A stretch of DNA of 62,822 bases, the filler included. It is 5 parts of 5 records of this genome, joined end to end, with 100 filler letters (N's around TTAATTAATTAA, not from the genome) between each part and the next. Parts side by side here need not be neighbours in the genome. Positions count along the whole stretch, not along the records: positions 15,545 to 37,478 come from SRR20825019_521; 4 more parts are not named here. One strand, given 5' to 3'. Positions 20,948-31,603 of this stretch are shown here, piece by piece (positions within the stretch are counted from its first letter, which is position 1; every line of letters begins with the position of its first letter). The notes below the pieces were generated by a model. That model made no database searches. It was not told the DNA's origin and was given only the letters and a program-made list of their open reading frames with translations. Position numbers and translations under genes: made by a program.

Positions 20948-21639
20948 ATGGTTCTTGGATTTTTGTTCTCACGGGCTGTGAGTGTAGCCTTAGGTACAAC
21001 CTACCCTGCATACGCAAGTTATAAGGCAATCCGGAGCAATGACCCGGCCTTGCATCGGCAGTGGCTTATGTACTGGTACACTGTCTTGTGCTGTTTGTGC
21101 GGATTCCGAACTGACAGTACGAATAGGATTGTGCTGGCTGCTTTCAATGTGTTTGAATTCTTTGGGGATTCACTGATATTTTGGTACGTGTGCACTGTGA
21201 AAGTACTTCATAGTCTAATAAGATGCTGAATAGGCTACCCTGTTATTATGAAAGCAAAATCTTGTTTATCATCTGGTTAATCTTCCCTGGGAAGAATGTA
21301 CGTATAGGAATGGAATAGTGTACAGATGCATCCTTATCCTGTACCTCTGTCCAGGGCGCAACTATATTATACGAAAATTATTTGTCAAAGTTTCTGGAGA
21401 CACACGAGGAAGACATAGATGAGTTCATGAGGGAGGGGGTAGACAGGACGAAGCATCATGTGAAAAGGCTAAGCACGCAGGGGTTGGAAGTATTGTCTCG
21501 TCATGGCTCTCAAGCCTTGCTAAAAGCACACGAGGCGTTGAATGAAATGGCGAAGAGCGATAACAAGACTATTGCAGAGGGCTCCGAAGAGAGTACATCG
21601 GTGTCAGCAAATGATAGTACCTCAAAGAAGGAGAACTAG
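20948..21639 (+). CDS. TB2/DP1/HVA22 (REEP-like) protein; 4 exons (introns 21076-21126, 21184-21233, 21298-21354)
   Basis: LGTTYPAYASYKAI..QWLMYW/IV..W/LPCYYESKILFIIWL..GATILYENYL after splicing canonical GT-AG introns. Confidence 0.9.
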
Positions 21640-21892
21640 TCAGAACCAAGTGAACAGAGCCCACCGGCATGTTGGCGGTCATACGTGCACAATATGCACT
21701 CACATGTCGCCGCCACCTCACCGACACAGAAATGGTGGCTAGAATAAACAGGCGTACTCAAATATGTGGGAAGAGTTTTAGTCAAAGCATAACTACGGCA
21801 GGAGCGCCAAGCGTCCAAGCATGAGGACTAGCTTCATCTACTCCATTGTAACATTAGAGCATCTTCAAGATATCAAGGCCCAAGAATTCACT

Positions 21893-22738
21893 CTAGCATA
21901 CATCCTCGTCGTCGGATCCCTCCGACTGCGCAGAATCGTCCTTGTTGCTGTCTGAAGGGGTTTCACAGTCAGCACCCAAAACGGCTTCCGCATTCAGGGT
22001 GTTGAAGCGAATATTCGACCTCAGGTTCACTTTGGCGTTGGGGTTCGAAAGGAGAAGTTCCCGCTTCTGCTTCATCTTACCCAGTTTCCGAATCATACGG
22101 GTCTTTTCCTTCTCGCTGAACTCTTGCGTGGCAATCATTTTCTCAACAGACTCGATGCACCTATCCAAACTCCTGATTTTCCTCTGTGGCCACCTCACAA
22201 TACTATGTTTGCGGCATACTCTCTTCAGAACAGTGGCACAGACACCCAACTCCTTTGCGGCTTCGTTAATGGAAAGATGAAACAGGGCAGAGAGCTCTGA
22301 AAAGCCAATGTTATGGGCCTTGAGAAGTTCTACACCAGTCAGCGGCTTTGGCTCGCCAGACTTTGTCCTCGACCGCTTGCTTTCTGTGCTTTCTACACTC
22401 TTCGAGCTGTCCACGCTCTTTTTCCTTTCGGTGCTGGCAGAATTCTTCCTTTTCTTGGTTACACTGGTGTTATCGCTCTCAACGCTTTTCTTTCTCTTTT
22501 TAGTTTCGGGTTTCTGGATATCCAAGACGTTTGCGACTTCAAGTCGAGGCGACTTCTCCTCCTTGATGGCCCCATCTGGACTGACCTTAATCGTTGTTGT
22601 GACCTGGCTTTGATGAGCACTTGACTGTTGGGCAAACTGGAGAAGAAGGAGTCCAGCATCAACAGAACTTTGAACTGCTGTCATGATCAAGAGATATAAT
22701 TTACTCCGCGTTAACTCGTTACTTTTAAACTGTTGCAT
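21893..22738 (-). CDS. RWP-RK domain transcription factor (start may be 22684)
   Basis: LSALFHLSINEAAKELGVCATVLKRVCRKHSIVRWPQRKIRSL. Confidence 0.93.
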   Translation of the reverse strand: MQQFKSNELTRSKLYLLIMTAVQSSVDAGLLLLQFAQQSSAHQSQVTTTIKVSPDGAIKEEKSPRLEVANVLDIQKPETKKRKKSVESDNTSVTKKRKNSASTERKKSVDSSKSVESTESKRSRTKSGEPKPLTGVELLKAHNIGFSELSALFHLSINEAAKELGVCATVLKRVCRKHSIVRWPQRKIRSLDRCIESVEKMIATQEFSEKEKTRMIRKLGKMKQKRELLLSNPNAKVNLRSNIRFNTLNAEAVLGADCETPSDSNKDDSAQSEGSDDEDVC

Positions 22739-24684
22739 ATATAACAGTGGGCGAAGGTGGCCACGGCATCATTGTTAGCCACACGTTTTGAGTGGAATGA
22801 AGGTGCAAAGGCTTGCTCTGGCTATAGCAAACGGGCCATACCTTTTCGCGGTACCACCCATCATGCAGCCCTTAAGGTTGGCAAGCCTTACCGTTTCACT
22901 AGCGCACCTTGCAGTGCCGGTCCTAAACCCCCTTCTTCCGCTGCAAAAAAACTTGCAGGTCAGCAAACATCTGGTGCAATAATCCTCCGCGCTGTCTTGT
23001 TGCGTAGCGCTACTGTTGGAGAGGTCGAAAACCAAAATGGAGAGGAGCCTATGACCAGTCCACCCCCCAAACAGTGCCAGGAGGAGCATCTCGAAGCGGC
23101 CCGGAGGGGGCCGCGTCGCACCGCGGCGAGCGGTGCCGGTGGCCGGGCCTACGTGGTAAGTAATCATGTCATGATGGATTTCGCGACTGTGCTTGCCGAG
23201 CCGGTGCGGACTTACGCTCGTCGGAGCAATGACGGGCCGCGCTGTCCTGTCGATGATCGCCGAGGCACGGCACGGCCCCGACCGGGACGATACCCACACC
23301 ATGCGGGCCACAATCGTGAGTCGCGGGTCTGGAAGCGGGGGTTTGGGTCGTTGTGCGGCCACAAATCCAAATGAGGACCCCGAAGAGTCATGGCTTGCAA
23401 GCAGATTGTGAGGTTGGGCAATTGTGAGGCTGACGTGTAGCACGAAAACTGAACTGCCAAGGCCTGACTTCGATTTCTCACCACACACTGCCCGCTGGCT
23501 GAACGGTGGTGTGGCCCCTCTGGTTCACGATGAGTGACAATTCCCCGAGAAATCAGTGGGGATGCAGCGCTTTGATCATCATCGCGACTTTCGTGCAACG
23601 CTCAAAATTTACATAATGGACACATGCAACGTTCTTCAATGGTGGAGGGGGGTACCTTTTCATTAGTCACGACACGGCCCGCGCCGCACGCCCAGGCGGC
23701 CCAGCCCGATCTCACCGTCACGGCCCGTGTCATCATCGGGCGGAAGTTGCAGAACCAGTTTCTTTCTTCCGTCACGTTCCCTTCCCGACCAGACCCACAC
23801 CCACCGTCAGCGTAGACTCTTGACCAGCGCCCTTGTTTGGGCAGCGGGCTATTCGGACCATTACTGAAACGTGTGCTGCCTTTCGCTGCGGGCACGGCCG
23901 ACCTCCCGCTTCGTCGCTTACTTAGTTAACAAGGAATGGAGCTCTATGCAGAAGTGATGGTGGTATGGTATGGTACCTTGAAGAAGGAAGGAGGGTCTAG
24001 ATTGAGGGAGAGATGGAAAAAACCACTAAGCTCCTGCCATTGTGAGCCAGTGCACCCCTCGCAGTCCAGAATAATATTTGCCCATTCCCTTAATGTCAAA
24101 GGTCCAAGTTGCGTCATGAACCCATGGACAGCAACAACGTGTTGAGACTGGCTACTTACGAATGCCCATTCAATAAGGCTATTCAAACTCCCCATTTGAG
24201 TTAACTGTGATGTTTGACCGCCATTTTCTGCGTTGACACAAGGTTGTTGTCGCTCTGTTGATTAGCCCCATGAAGCATGGTCGAGTTTCTGTCGCATGCC
24301 CAGTCACCCTTCAGAGCGGTTTAGTGCTTAAAATAAGCCAATGGCATGCCCGACTTCCCCTTAAAGCGTTTTGGTAACCCAAGTCAAGCCATTTGCCAAA
24401 ATTACCTTGTGCTTGTTTTTGGAGTCGAAGGGATCGTGGTGTGGCTTGGTGGGGCCTCAACCAAGGGGGCTGAAGAATTCTGACGAGTGAGTATTGACCC
24501 CAGTAATCTACTGCACTTTAAGTGTTCAAAAGAAACCTTTATATTGGGATTTCAACACCCCTCAACTTGGAGATTTTCAAAAGTCTTCAAAGTAGGAATG
24601 TATTAGACTATTCAGTCACTTAATGAATCTCAGAGTGTATACTTCAAAGTTTCGAACTTCCGGGAGTCCGGAATAAATACTAGA

Positions 24685-25596
24685 TTATGAAGCCTGCTGC
24701 TCCTCAGGCTCTTCATCAACAGTCAGTTTGCGGAATATAGCCAGTCTTGAACGGCTAGGGGTTCCTGGAGTGCCTGGAGCTTCGATCTCGTTTCGCATTT
24801 CTAATAGATCGAACTTCGTCACCTCCGGGCCGTCTTCTCCAACTGACAGGGGAGAACATATGAAGTTTGGTGACGATGAATGCTGGTTTGTTGGCGATAT
24901 CAAACCAGTAGGGCTTGTTATACCTCCATGAGATCCAGGCGACAAGAAACCACTACCTCGTGGGGAGATTATGTCTGGGGATGATGCGGCGTTTCTAGGA
25001 GACAATATACCACCTGCTGATGAAGTAGGTGACAGTATTCCCGTCGGGGTGTGCAAACTATGTGGTGTCATGCCAGTAGGAGTTGTAGCCAACGATTCAT
25101 GGACAAAACGGCATCGCTTTCCGTAAGGACAAGTACCGTGCATACTGAACGTTTTGCAGTACTCAGTCTTATATCTTGGATGTCTTACTATTGGTCTGTT
25201 CACAAGTAAGCATCAAAAATTCACAAAGCATAGACATAACACTCACCTAATTTCATGGGACCCATGAGCAAATTGACACTTGCTGCCATATCTGCACTGA
25301 TTGGTTTCTTCAAAGCTACGGCACAGCTCAGTTTTGTACAAAGGAGACCTTGGACTGTCATCACTTGAATTTGATCCGTGGTTGCTAGGTTTTCTCGGTC
25401 TGTTGTCCTTAGAGCCATTGCGATCTCTCGCTCTACTTCCACTGCGCTCTCTATTGTCTCTTGGCAAGGCGTCATCTCTAGGGCCCCTATCATTTCCAAA
25501 TGGCGATATGTGCCGATCAGGGGTTTTAGGTGAACGAAGTTCGTTCACGTGAGGGCTTCCAACAGCAGAAGGCCCGCTTCTAATAGGCGGTTCCAT
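24685..25596 (-). CDS. Tandem CCCH zinc-finger (tristetraprolin/TIS11-like) RNA-binding protein; intron 25196-25246
   Basis: LYKTELC-x8-C-x5-C-x3-H and RYKTEYC-x8-C-x5-C-x3-H joined by a GTGAGT..CAG intron; C-terminal RLAIFRKL resembles the NOT1-binding motif. Confidence 0.92.
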
Positions 25597-26854
25597 CCCT
25601 CAAAAATAAATAAAATAAATATTTGCAACTTTGAGTGATCTATTGAACACTGCTGAACATCTCCCTCGCTGTCCTTGTTACAACTAGAATTTCTTGGCAG
25701 GTGTCCACACTAAATTAGCAGCTAGAGTGGTGACTTAGACAACCTTATGAGGGAAATTGAGTGTGGACCTCTTTCCTCTATCAACCAAAAGCAACCAAAG
25801 GCAGGCAAGGACGGGTGGGGAGTTGAGAGGTGGGGGCAAAGGCTCCCTCAAGGCCTGGGCGATCAACAACCCCCTCATAGGTTGAGGAGTCCACACAGCG
25901 TGACCATGTCATCGCCGCCGTCCGCGGCTGGCCCGCAATGGCCGGGCCTCATCTCAATTCCAATGACACACCCTCCTGAGGGCCCACTTTGCCAGCCCAG
26001 CCTGCTGCTTCGCCACCGTGACCCATTGGACAAGCACCAGTCCTGAGTGCCGCTCATCTTGGCCCCCCGGCACTGAGTGTCACGGAAAACCGTGATGGCC
26101 ATGGCCGACTCAACAGCAGTCGTGGTGCTTATTCAACCTGCCTGAAGAGGAACGAAGGCCCAACCAACGGGATCAATCAGGTGGAAAATTGCCAGACTGG
26201 CGCGGTGGAAAGTGAGGGGCTGCGGCTATGAGGGACGAGGTGAGGGAACCCTGCTCTTCTTATAGGTTTTATATAACAGACCAACTTGGATTTAACGAAT
26301 TTTATGGTCTGAACAGGTCTGAAAAATTGTTCAAAAAACAGTGAGACGATGATGCCACCCTGGGTGAGAAGCGGTTATTCACCCGGACGACGAGCCGACC
26401 CGCCCGGGATGGCGGTGAGGCCGGCCCGCCGCCACGGCCGGCTGGCCGCCGCCCGCGGTGGGCCGCCGGGCCGCTGCCCGGGCGCCGCGAGGGGGAGGGC
26501 CGGCGTGGTATTCACTGAGCCGAGCCCCCCGGTCAGTCCGCCCAGGCGCTGCCGGCCCGCGGCGGCCGCCGCCGCTGCCCGGGCCCCGAGGCGGAGGGCT
26601 GGCGGCGTGTGCCGGGACCGGCGGCACGGGCGCCCGAGTTGCGTGGGCGATTGCGCCGCGGCCACCTGACTGATGCGTACTGACGCAGTGAGCCCCCGAC
26701 TGCGACACGTCAGTGGTGATCGGTTGGACACTCCGGGCCGGTGGTCGTCTGGTTGCTGAAACGAATACAAACGCGTCTTCAGCCTTCGTGAGGTTTCGCA
26801 TAAATATTCTGATAGTTATCATGACGATAGGAGGTACTGACGGAAGCTCTTGCA

Positions 26855-29785
26855 ATGTTGGTCTCGGGTCATTCTCCGATTCGGCAGTCGGATCTGTCGA
26901 GATCAATAGATGCATCTACAAGGTTAAACGGAAAGATGACAGTTGGAAGAGTCATGAAGTTCACCCCAATAGTTGAGAGTGGACGAGATACTGCACGTGA
27001 CATCCTCTCAGGCAAACCACAAGTTGAGTTGCACTTAGCGAAAGAAAAGAAAGGAAAACATGCAAAGAAGCGATCCGAGCCCACAGAGGATAAGAAGCTC
27101 CACATTCATGTTCCAATTGCGAACACAGTTCCCAAAGCCGAGACTATTGCGAAGCCAGAGGTCGACGGTGCCGTGGTGAAACGTCAGCTTGAGTTTGGCG
27201 GAGCATCTCCGGAGCCGGTGCAGGATCATGGTGAACCTGAAGAAACACTCATGAGCGAACACTTCACGATTGATGATGGAAGTGAAGGTGTTAACACATT
27301 TCACGATGAGGCCAAACTCGTTCAACCCCAACAGGATTTATTGGATGATGATGCTAACGACACCATGTGCTTGCCCCAGCACCATCATGAGGATGAAGAG
27401 GATGAAACCCTCCGCATAGATTATGAAAAGCAGAAGTATCTATTGAAACGCGAGATGGAGGATGAGGCGCCGCCGGGGATAAAATTCGACCTGAGGTCAG
27501 AGATTATGAACCGTACCGAACAAACCAGCAGCGCCAGTCGTTCTTATCATGGTAGCCTAGCGTTAGCTTCATCCATGATGCAAATGGAGCGTGCTGCGGA
27601 TGCGTCTCAAGCACCGGTCATGGAGAAAGTATTTATAGGACAATCTTCTGCAAAGCCTATTGGTCGCATGGCACGCCCTAAGTCGGCCCCACTGCGGCGA
27701 GACCCTCAGCCGCAGGGTCACTCCACAAAACTACAAGATCCTGCCTCGTACCATGTAGCTCATGTTAAACCTTTGGCCGCAGAGTATCCGGGTTCGGCCA
27801 TGCGCGTCGAAGAAACCACTGACTTCTTGAAGAAGAATCCCCCGTCAGAGGTTGTGCGGGAGGCAACAGGTCGAAACCCTTTTCGTCAGAATGTGGTGAA
27901 GAGGCCAAAGTCAGCTGGTGCTCGCCGTCCGTCAATGCAGACTTTCTCATCTACCTATGATAAGTTCCAGAGGATTTACCTTCCGGTTTCTACATGCGCG
28001 CCCAATGTCGCTGAAGGCATGGAGGCCACCACACGAAGCACTGCGAGGACTATGGTGAGAGTGGCGAAGCCTGGCCTGGAAGAAGGAACATCTAGAGCGG
28101 CAGATCTGATGGTGCAGGCTGAAGCGGAAACACGAGCGATGCTCGGGTCTCGTGCGCCCGCACCAACTGACTTCATGCCTGACTATAAGCTCGAGACCAA
28201 GTTCGTGAAGGGGTTGAGGAAGCCAATTCAAACGGTAAACAGGGGTAAGCTATTGGGAGTGTTGAGCCAGACAAAAAGTGGGACCCTAGGCTCAACTACT
28301 AGTGACCGCCACCGGATGAAGAAGTATTTCGATGACATGAACAGCTATATTCTCCGAAGTGACTTGGACTCGTCCGCTCAGCTTGTGGATACGTCGCTTT
28401 TCTCGTCTCACTTCCACCTATCTGATAAGGACGGCGAAAGCCAACACGCTTCCGAACCCGTGGACCAAGGTGTATCGGGTTGGAATGAGGATGGAGCCTC
28501 TGACCAGGGGTCTCCTGTCAATGGCCCGCACATGTTTGACGATGATCTCAGAGGCGAGCCCCAGGTTGCCGCAGTTAGTGACTACTATACGCGAAAGTAT
28601 GATCCCGACCATGACGTCTATGCCAACCCAACACTCCTTGGCCCGGTATCAATGGAAGAAAAGACACTGGATTATCAAGAGTCCCACGGCATTGGTGATT
28701 TTACCGGCCATCTGATCCATGACAGCGAGGCAAAGCCAAGAGCCTTGGTCACATTTTCTGATGGGACCGAGGTTCGTTCGGAGGTTGCGGATAAGGGTGC
28801 ACGGTCGACGATGGTGCGTCCCAAGTCCGCCAATCTCCAAGGTCGCATGGCTGACTCTCCTAAGAGGAGAAAGCGGCCCCAATCTGCTGGAGCTCGTGCT
28901 TCCGACCGAGCCTTGGCGGGCTCCTCCACTGCTGGCCAAAGGCCAATGTCTGCATCGAGCAGTCGTGGGGATGGGAGGAATTGCGCCCACGTTGCCGGGG
29001 CCATCAAGAATCCAAACCGTAGCGTACTGAACATGAAGAGTGGTGTTATTGCGTTCGGCTCCGTTTATGCTGCCGAGCCTAGCGCTCGGCAACACGCAAT
29101 GACTTCCCGTTCCACTTTCAGTCCTACTCGGCTGGTTGATCGTAGGGATAGATCAGTGTCTCCTCCCGCCCAGAAGGCGCCAGCTCGTCGCCCGTCGAGT
29201 GCTGGTCGTAAGAGGCCAACATCTGCAAAGACAATGAAAAAGCACGTAGAGCCTCGTCAGAAATGGACGTCGTTTCAGGAGGACAACTCCACCAAGAGAG
29301 CAAGTAGAATCCCACATGATGCCACTGTTCGTGGTAGCATGAAGTTTGTAGATAATTCCAGACCTGACACCGAGATCTACTCGGCTTATTCTGAGCCAGT
29401 TGTGCAGTCACATTTGACTAATAGAAATGGCGGATTTGATCCCAAACCTCAACATCAACAGAACAGCCACGGATATACGAATCTATCCAAGCAAGAAGAA
29501 AAGCTACTACGAAAACCTATTTATGTCAAACATGACGAGGATTCCTTTGATATTGATACCGGAGGGGCAGTTGCGCCCCCACACACTCAGAGTCATCCGA
29601 TTCAACACATTGGTATGAAGGGTACCCAGCCCCGTTATGGCAATTCTGACACCAGGAGAAGGGCAGAAAGCCTAGTCGCTAATGTCTCTGTGTCGGGTAG
29701 TTCAGTGGAAGGACTGGCTGGTCGCAAGCATGTGACTGAGGGTGAGGCCCGAAGAAGCGCCCAGCAAGTGCTAAGGACGGCATAA
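26855..29785 (+). CDS. Large low-complexity protein with repeated RPxSA motifs (start uncertain)
   Basis: 976-codon uninterrupted ORF containing RPKSA x3, RPQSA, RPMSA, RPSSA, RPTSA. Confidence 0.75.
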   Translation: MLVSGHSPIRQSDLSRSIDASTRLNGKMTVGRVMKFTPIVESGRDTARDILSGKPQVELHLAKEKKGKHAKKRSEPTEDKKLHIHVPIANTVPKAETIAKPEVDGAVVKRQLEFGGASPEPVQDHGEPEETLMSEHFTIDDGSEGVNTFHDEAKLVQPQQDLLDDDANDTMCLPQHHHEDEEDETLRIDYEKQKYLLKREMEDEAPPGIKFDLRSEIMNRTEQTSSASRSYHGSLALASSMMQMERAADASQAPVMEKVFIGQSSAKPIGRMARPKSAPLRRDPQPQGHSTKLQDPASYHVAHVKPLAAEYPGSAMRVEETTDFLKKNPPSEVVREATGRNPFRQNVVKRPKSAGARRPSMQTFSSTYDKFQRIYLPVSTCAPNVAEGMEATTRSTARTMVRVAKPGLEEGTSRAADLMVQAEAETRAMLGSRAPAPTDFMPDYKLETKFVKGLRKPIQTVNRGKLLGVLSQTKSGTLGSTTSDRHRMKKYFDDMNSYILRSDLDSSAQLVDTSLFSSHFHLSDKDGESQHASEPVDQGVSGWNEDGASDQGSPVNGPHMFDDDLRGEPQVAAVSDYYTRKYDPDHDVYANPTLLGPVSMEEKTLDYQESHGIGDFTGHLIHDSEAKPRALVTFSDGTEVRSEVADKGARSTMVRPKSANLQGRMADSPKRRKRPQSAGARASDRALAGSSTAGQRPMSASSSRGDGRNCAHVAGAIKNPNRSVLNMKSGVIAFGSVYAAEPSARQHAMTSRSTFSPTRLVDRRDRSVSPPAQKAPARRPSSAGRKRPTSAKTMKKHVEPRQKWTSFQEDNSTKRASRIPHDATVRGSMKFVDNSRPDTEIYSAYSEPVVQSHLTNRNGGFDPKPQHQQNSHGYTNLSKQEEKLLRKPIYVKHDEDSFDIDTGGAVAPPHTQSHPIQHIGMKGTQPRYGNSDTRRRAESLVANVSVSGSSVEGLAGRKHVTEGEARRSAQQVLRTA

Positions 29786-29953
29786 CTAACTCAAGCAACG
29801 GCACAATAATTGAGGAAAGGAATTTATACCTCGTAACGTGAGGATAGGAGGGACTCTGACCTCTATGCGATCATCGTGTGGGACCGCGCTGGTGCTTGAC
29901 TAATGCCCACATGGCACATGTGCTGCTCGTATGCCAATAAATGCAGAACGCCT

Positions 29954-31603
29954 TCAACTGGATGTAGATGCGAGGAGGGGAGTGTATCGGAGGTCCTCAT
30001 GAGCCGGAAGAGCCTGATCCAAGAGCTCAGGCACCATGAAGAAGTCATTCTGACCCTCATCTGGGTACACCTCAAGCTCGGGACTCTCCACAACATCATC
30101 ATACTCCTCCAGAGTAGAAATGGATGGACGCCCACTCTCCTCAGATGCCCCTTCGGCTGCTTCAGAGCACATAGTAGAAACAACCCGACCAGCACCACAA
30201 GAGGAATCTTGGGGTTCCAGGTTTGGTAGGGGCGTATCGTTTTCAATCGCAGTCTCAAGATCTTCATACATTGCTTCAAACACAGGCACAGCCTTCTCAG
30301 CAATCGGGTGGTTCAATCCCATCACCCGCAACAACTCAATAAACACCATCATCTCATTAGGCGACCTCAGTTGATAGCAGATCTCGGCAAGGGTTCCTAG
30401 CAATGATGATGACAAGGCGGGGAAGTAACGGAAGTCCAGGGACTTGGCCTTGGTAATGACAAGTCTGAGGGTAACAGAGGCTTCCTCCATGCGCCCCGCC
30501 TTAAAGTGGACCATAGCATATCCAGCCAACAATTTGAATCTCCAGTATTGGAATTGGTAATCCGAAATAGTTGCAGCGCTGGCACACAATGCAGTGTTCA
30601 AAATGCCCAGAACGCTGAAGATGTCATTCATGGAGTGCGTTGCCGGAGAAAGAGACTCCAGACACGCCCTGTTAAGCATCAGTTCCTTGTATGTCTCCGC
30701 ATCATCCTCAGGGTGCATTTCTCTATACTTAGCATCAAAGTGCCAGTGGAAAGACTCCACAAGGGCCAGCATCGAAAGTCTCAAGCCAAACCAGCACTGT
30801 GACATGATCAATCCAAACTCCTCTGAATCTTCGACGGCCGCCTGCAGGTCAACAAGAGGTAACTTCATCGACCTCGCCTCATCAAGACCCGCAATGTAAC
30901 TGGCCACATAGCCATAGCGCAGTGGCTGGCTTGAGTCCCCAATGATTCTCTTCTCGTGAAGAACATTTCCAATGGACATTGCAAGCTTGGAGTAAATGCT
31001 TGCACGGCGTGGGTCACGACCGAGGAATATGTCTGTCAACATTCCAAAAGCGAGCAGAGAGTCCACCGACACCTCATCAAATATCTCCCCTGCAATCAAC
31101 CTTGCTCGCTGCATCAACTGCATGGCGAGCTCGTTCTTATCTAAGCACAGGCTGGCCGTCGCCAAGGCCACATTCAGTTGTACCATCTGTGCCTTGTTCG
31201 CAGGCATCTTGAGCGCCTCTTGGTCAAACATCAACGATATTCCCGCATAGGGGGCGCACTTTTCGAAGTAAATGTCAAGAACGTTGAGCCGGTTGTAAGT
31301 GTTGACCATGTTCTCAGTCCTGGGAATCTTCTTCTTCTCAACGAGGGCCATTCCTTCCGCATCTTGCGAGGGCTTCTCGTGAACTGACGCGGCGCGGCTG
31401 CGCTTCCTCTGTACTCGCTTGCCATCTTCGCCTTCCTTACGAACAACATGGCGACCTCTCTTCTTCCTTTCAGAATAGACGCACTCTACCACACGGCTAA
31501 TGCAGTGTTGGCATGGTTGCGTTCCATCACACTTGATCTTCTTGCTTCGGCACAAGTCGCAAGCATTGGTAACGTGCCGCCTATCATCATGATCTCCGCT
31601 CAT
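29954..31603 (-). CDS. Zn(II)2Cys6 binuclear-cluster transcription factor
   Basis: ACDLCRSKKIKCDGTQPCQHCISRVVECVY, then a helical middle region and acidic tail. Confidence 0.92.
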   Translation of the reverse strand: MSGDHDDRRHVTNACDLCRSKKIKCDGTQPCQHCISRVVECVYSERKKRGRHVVRKEGEDGKRVQRKRSRAASVHEKPSQDAEGMALVEKKKIPRTENMVNTYNRLNVLDIYFEKCAPYAGISLMFDQEALKMPANKAQMVQLNVALATASLCLDKNELAMQLMQRARLIAGEIFDEVSVDSLLAFGMLTDIFLGRDPRRASIYSKLAMSIGNVLHEKRIIGDSSQPLRYGYVASYIAGLDEARSMKLPLVDLQAAVEDSEEFGLIMSQCWFGLRLSMLALVESFHWHFDAKYREMHPEDDAETYKELMLNRACLESLSPATHSMNDIFSVLGILNTALCASAATISDYQFQYWRFKLLAGYAMVHFKAGRMEEASVTLRLVITKAKSLDFRYFPALSSSLLGTLAEICYQLRSPNEMMVFIELLRVMGLNHPIAEKAVPVFEAMYEDLETAIENDTPLPNLEPQDSSCGAGRVVSTMCSEAAEGASEESGRPSISTLEEYDDVVESPELEVYPDEGQNDFFMVPELLDQALPAHEDLRYTPLLASTSS

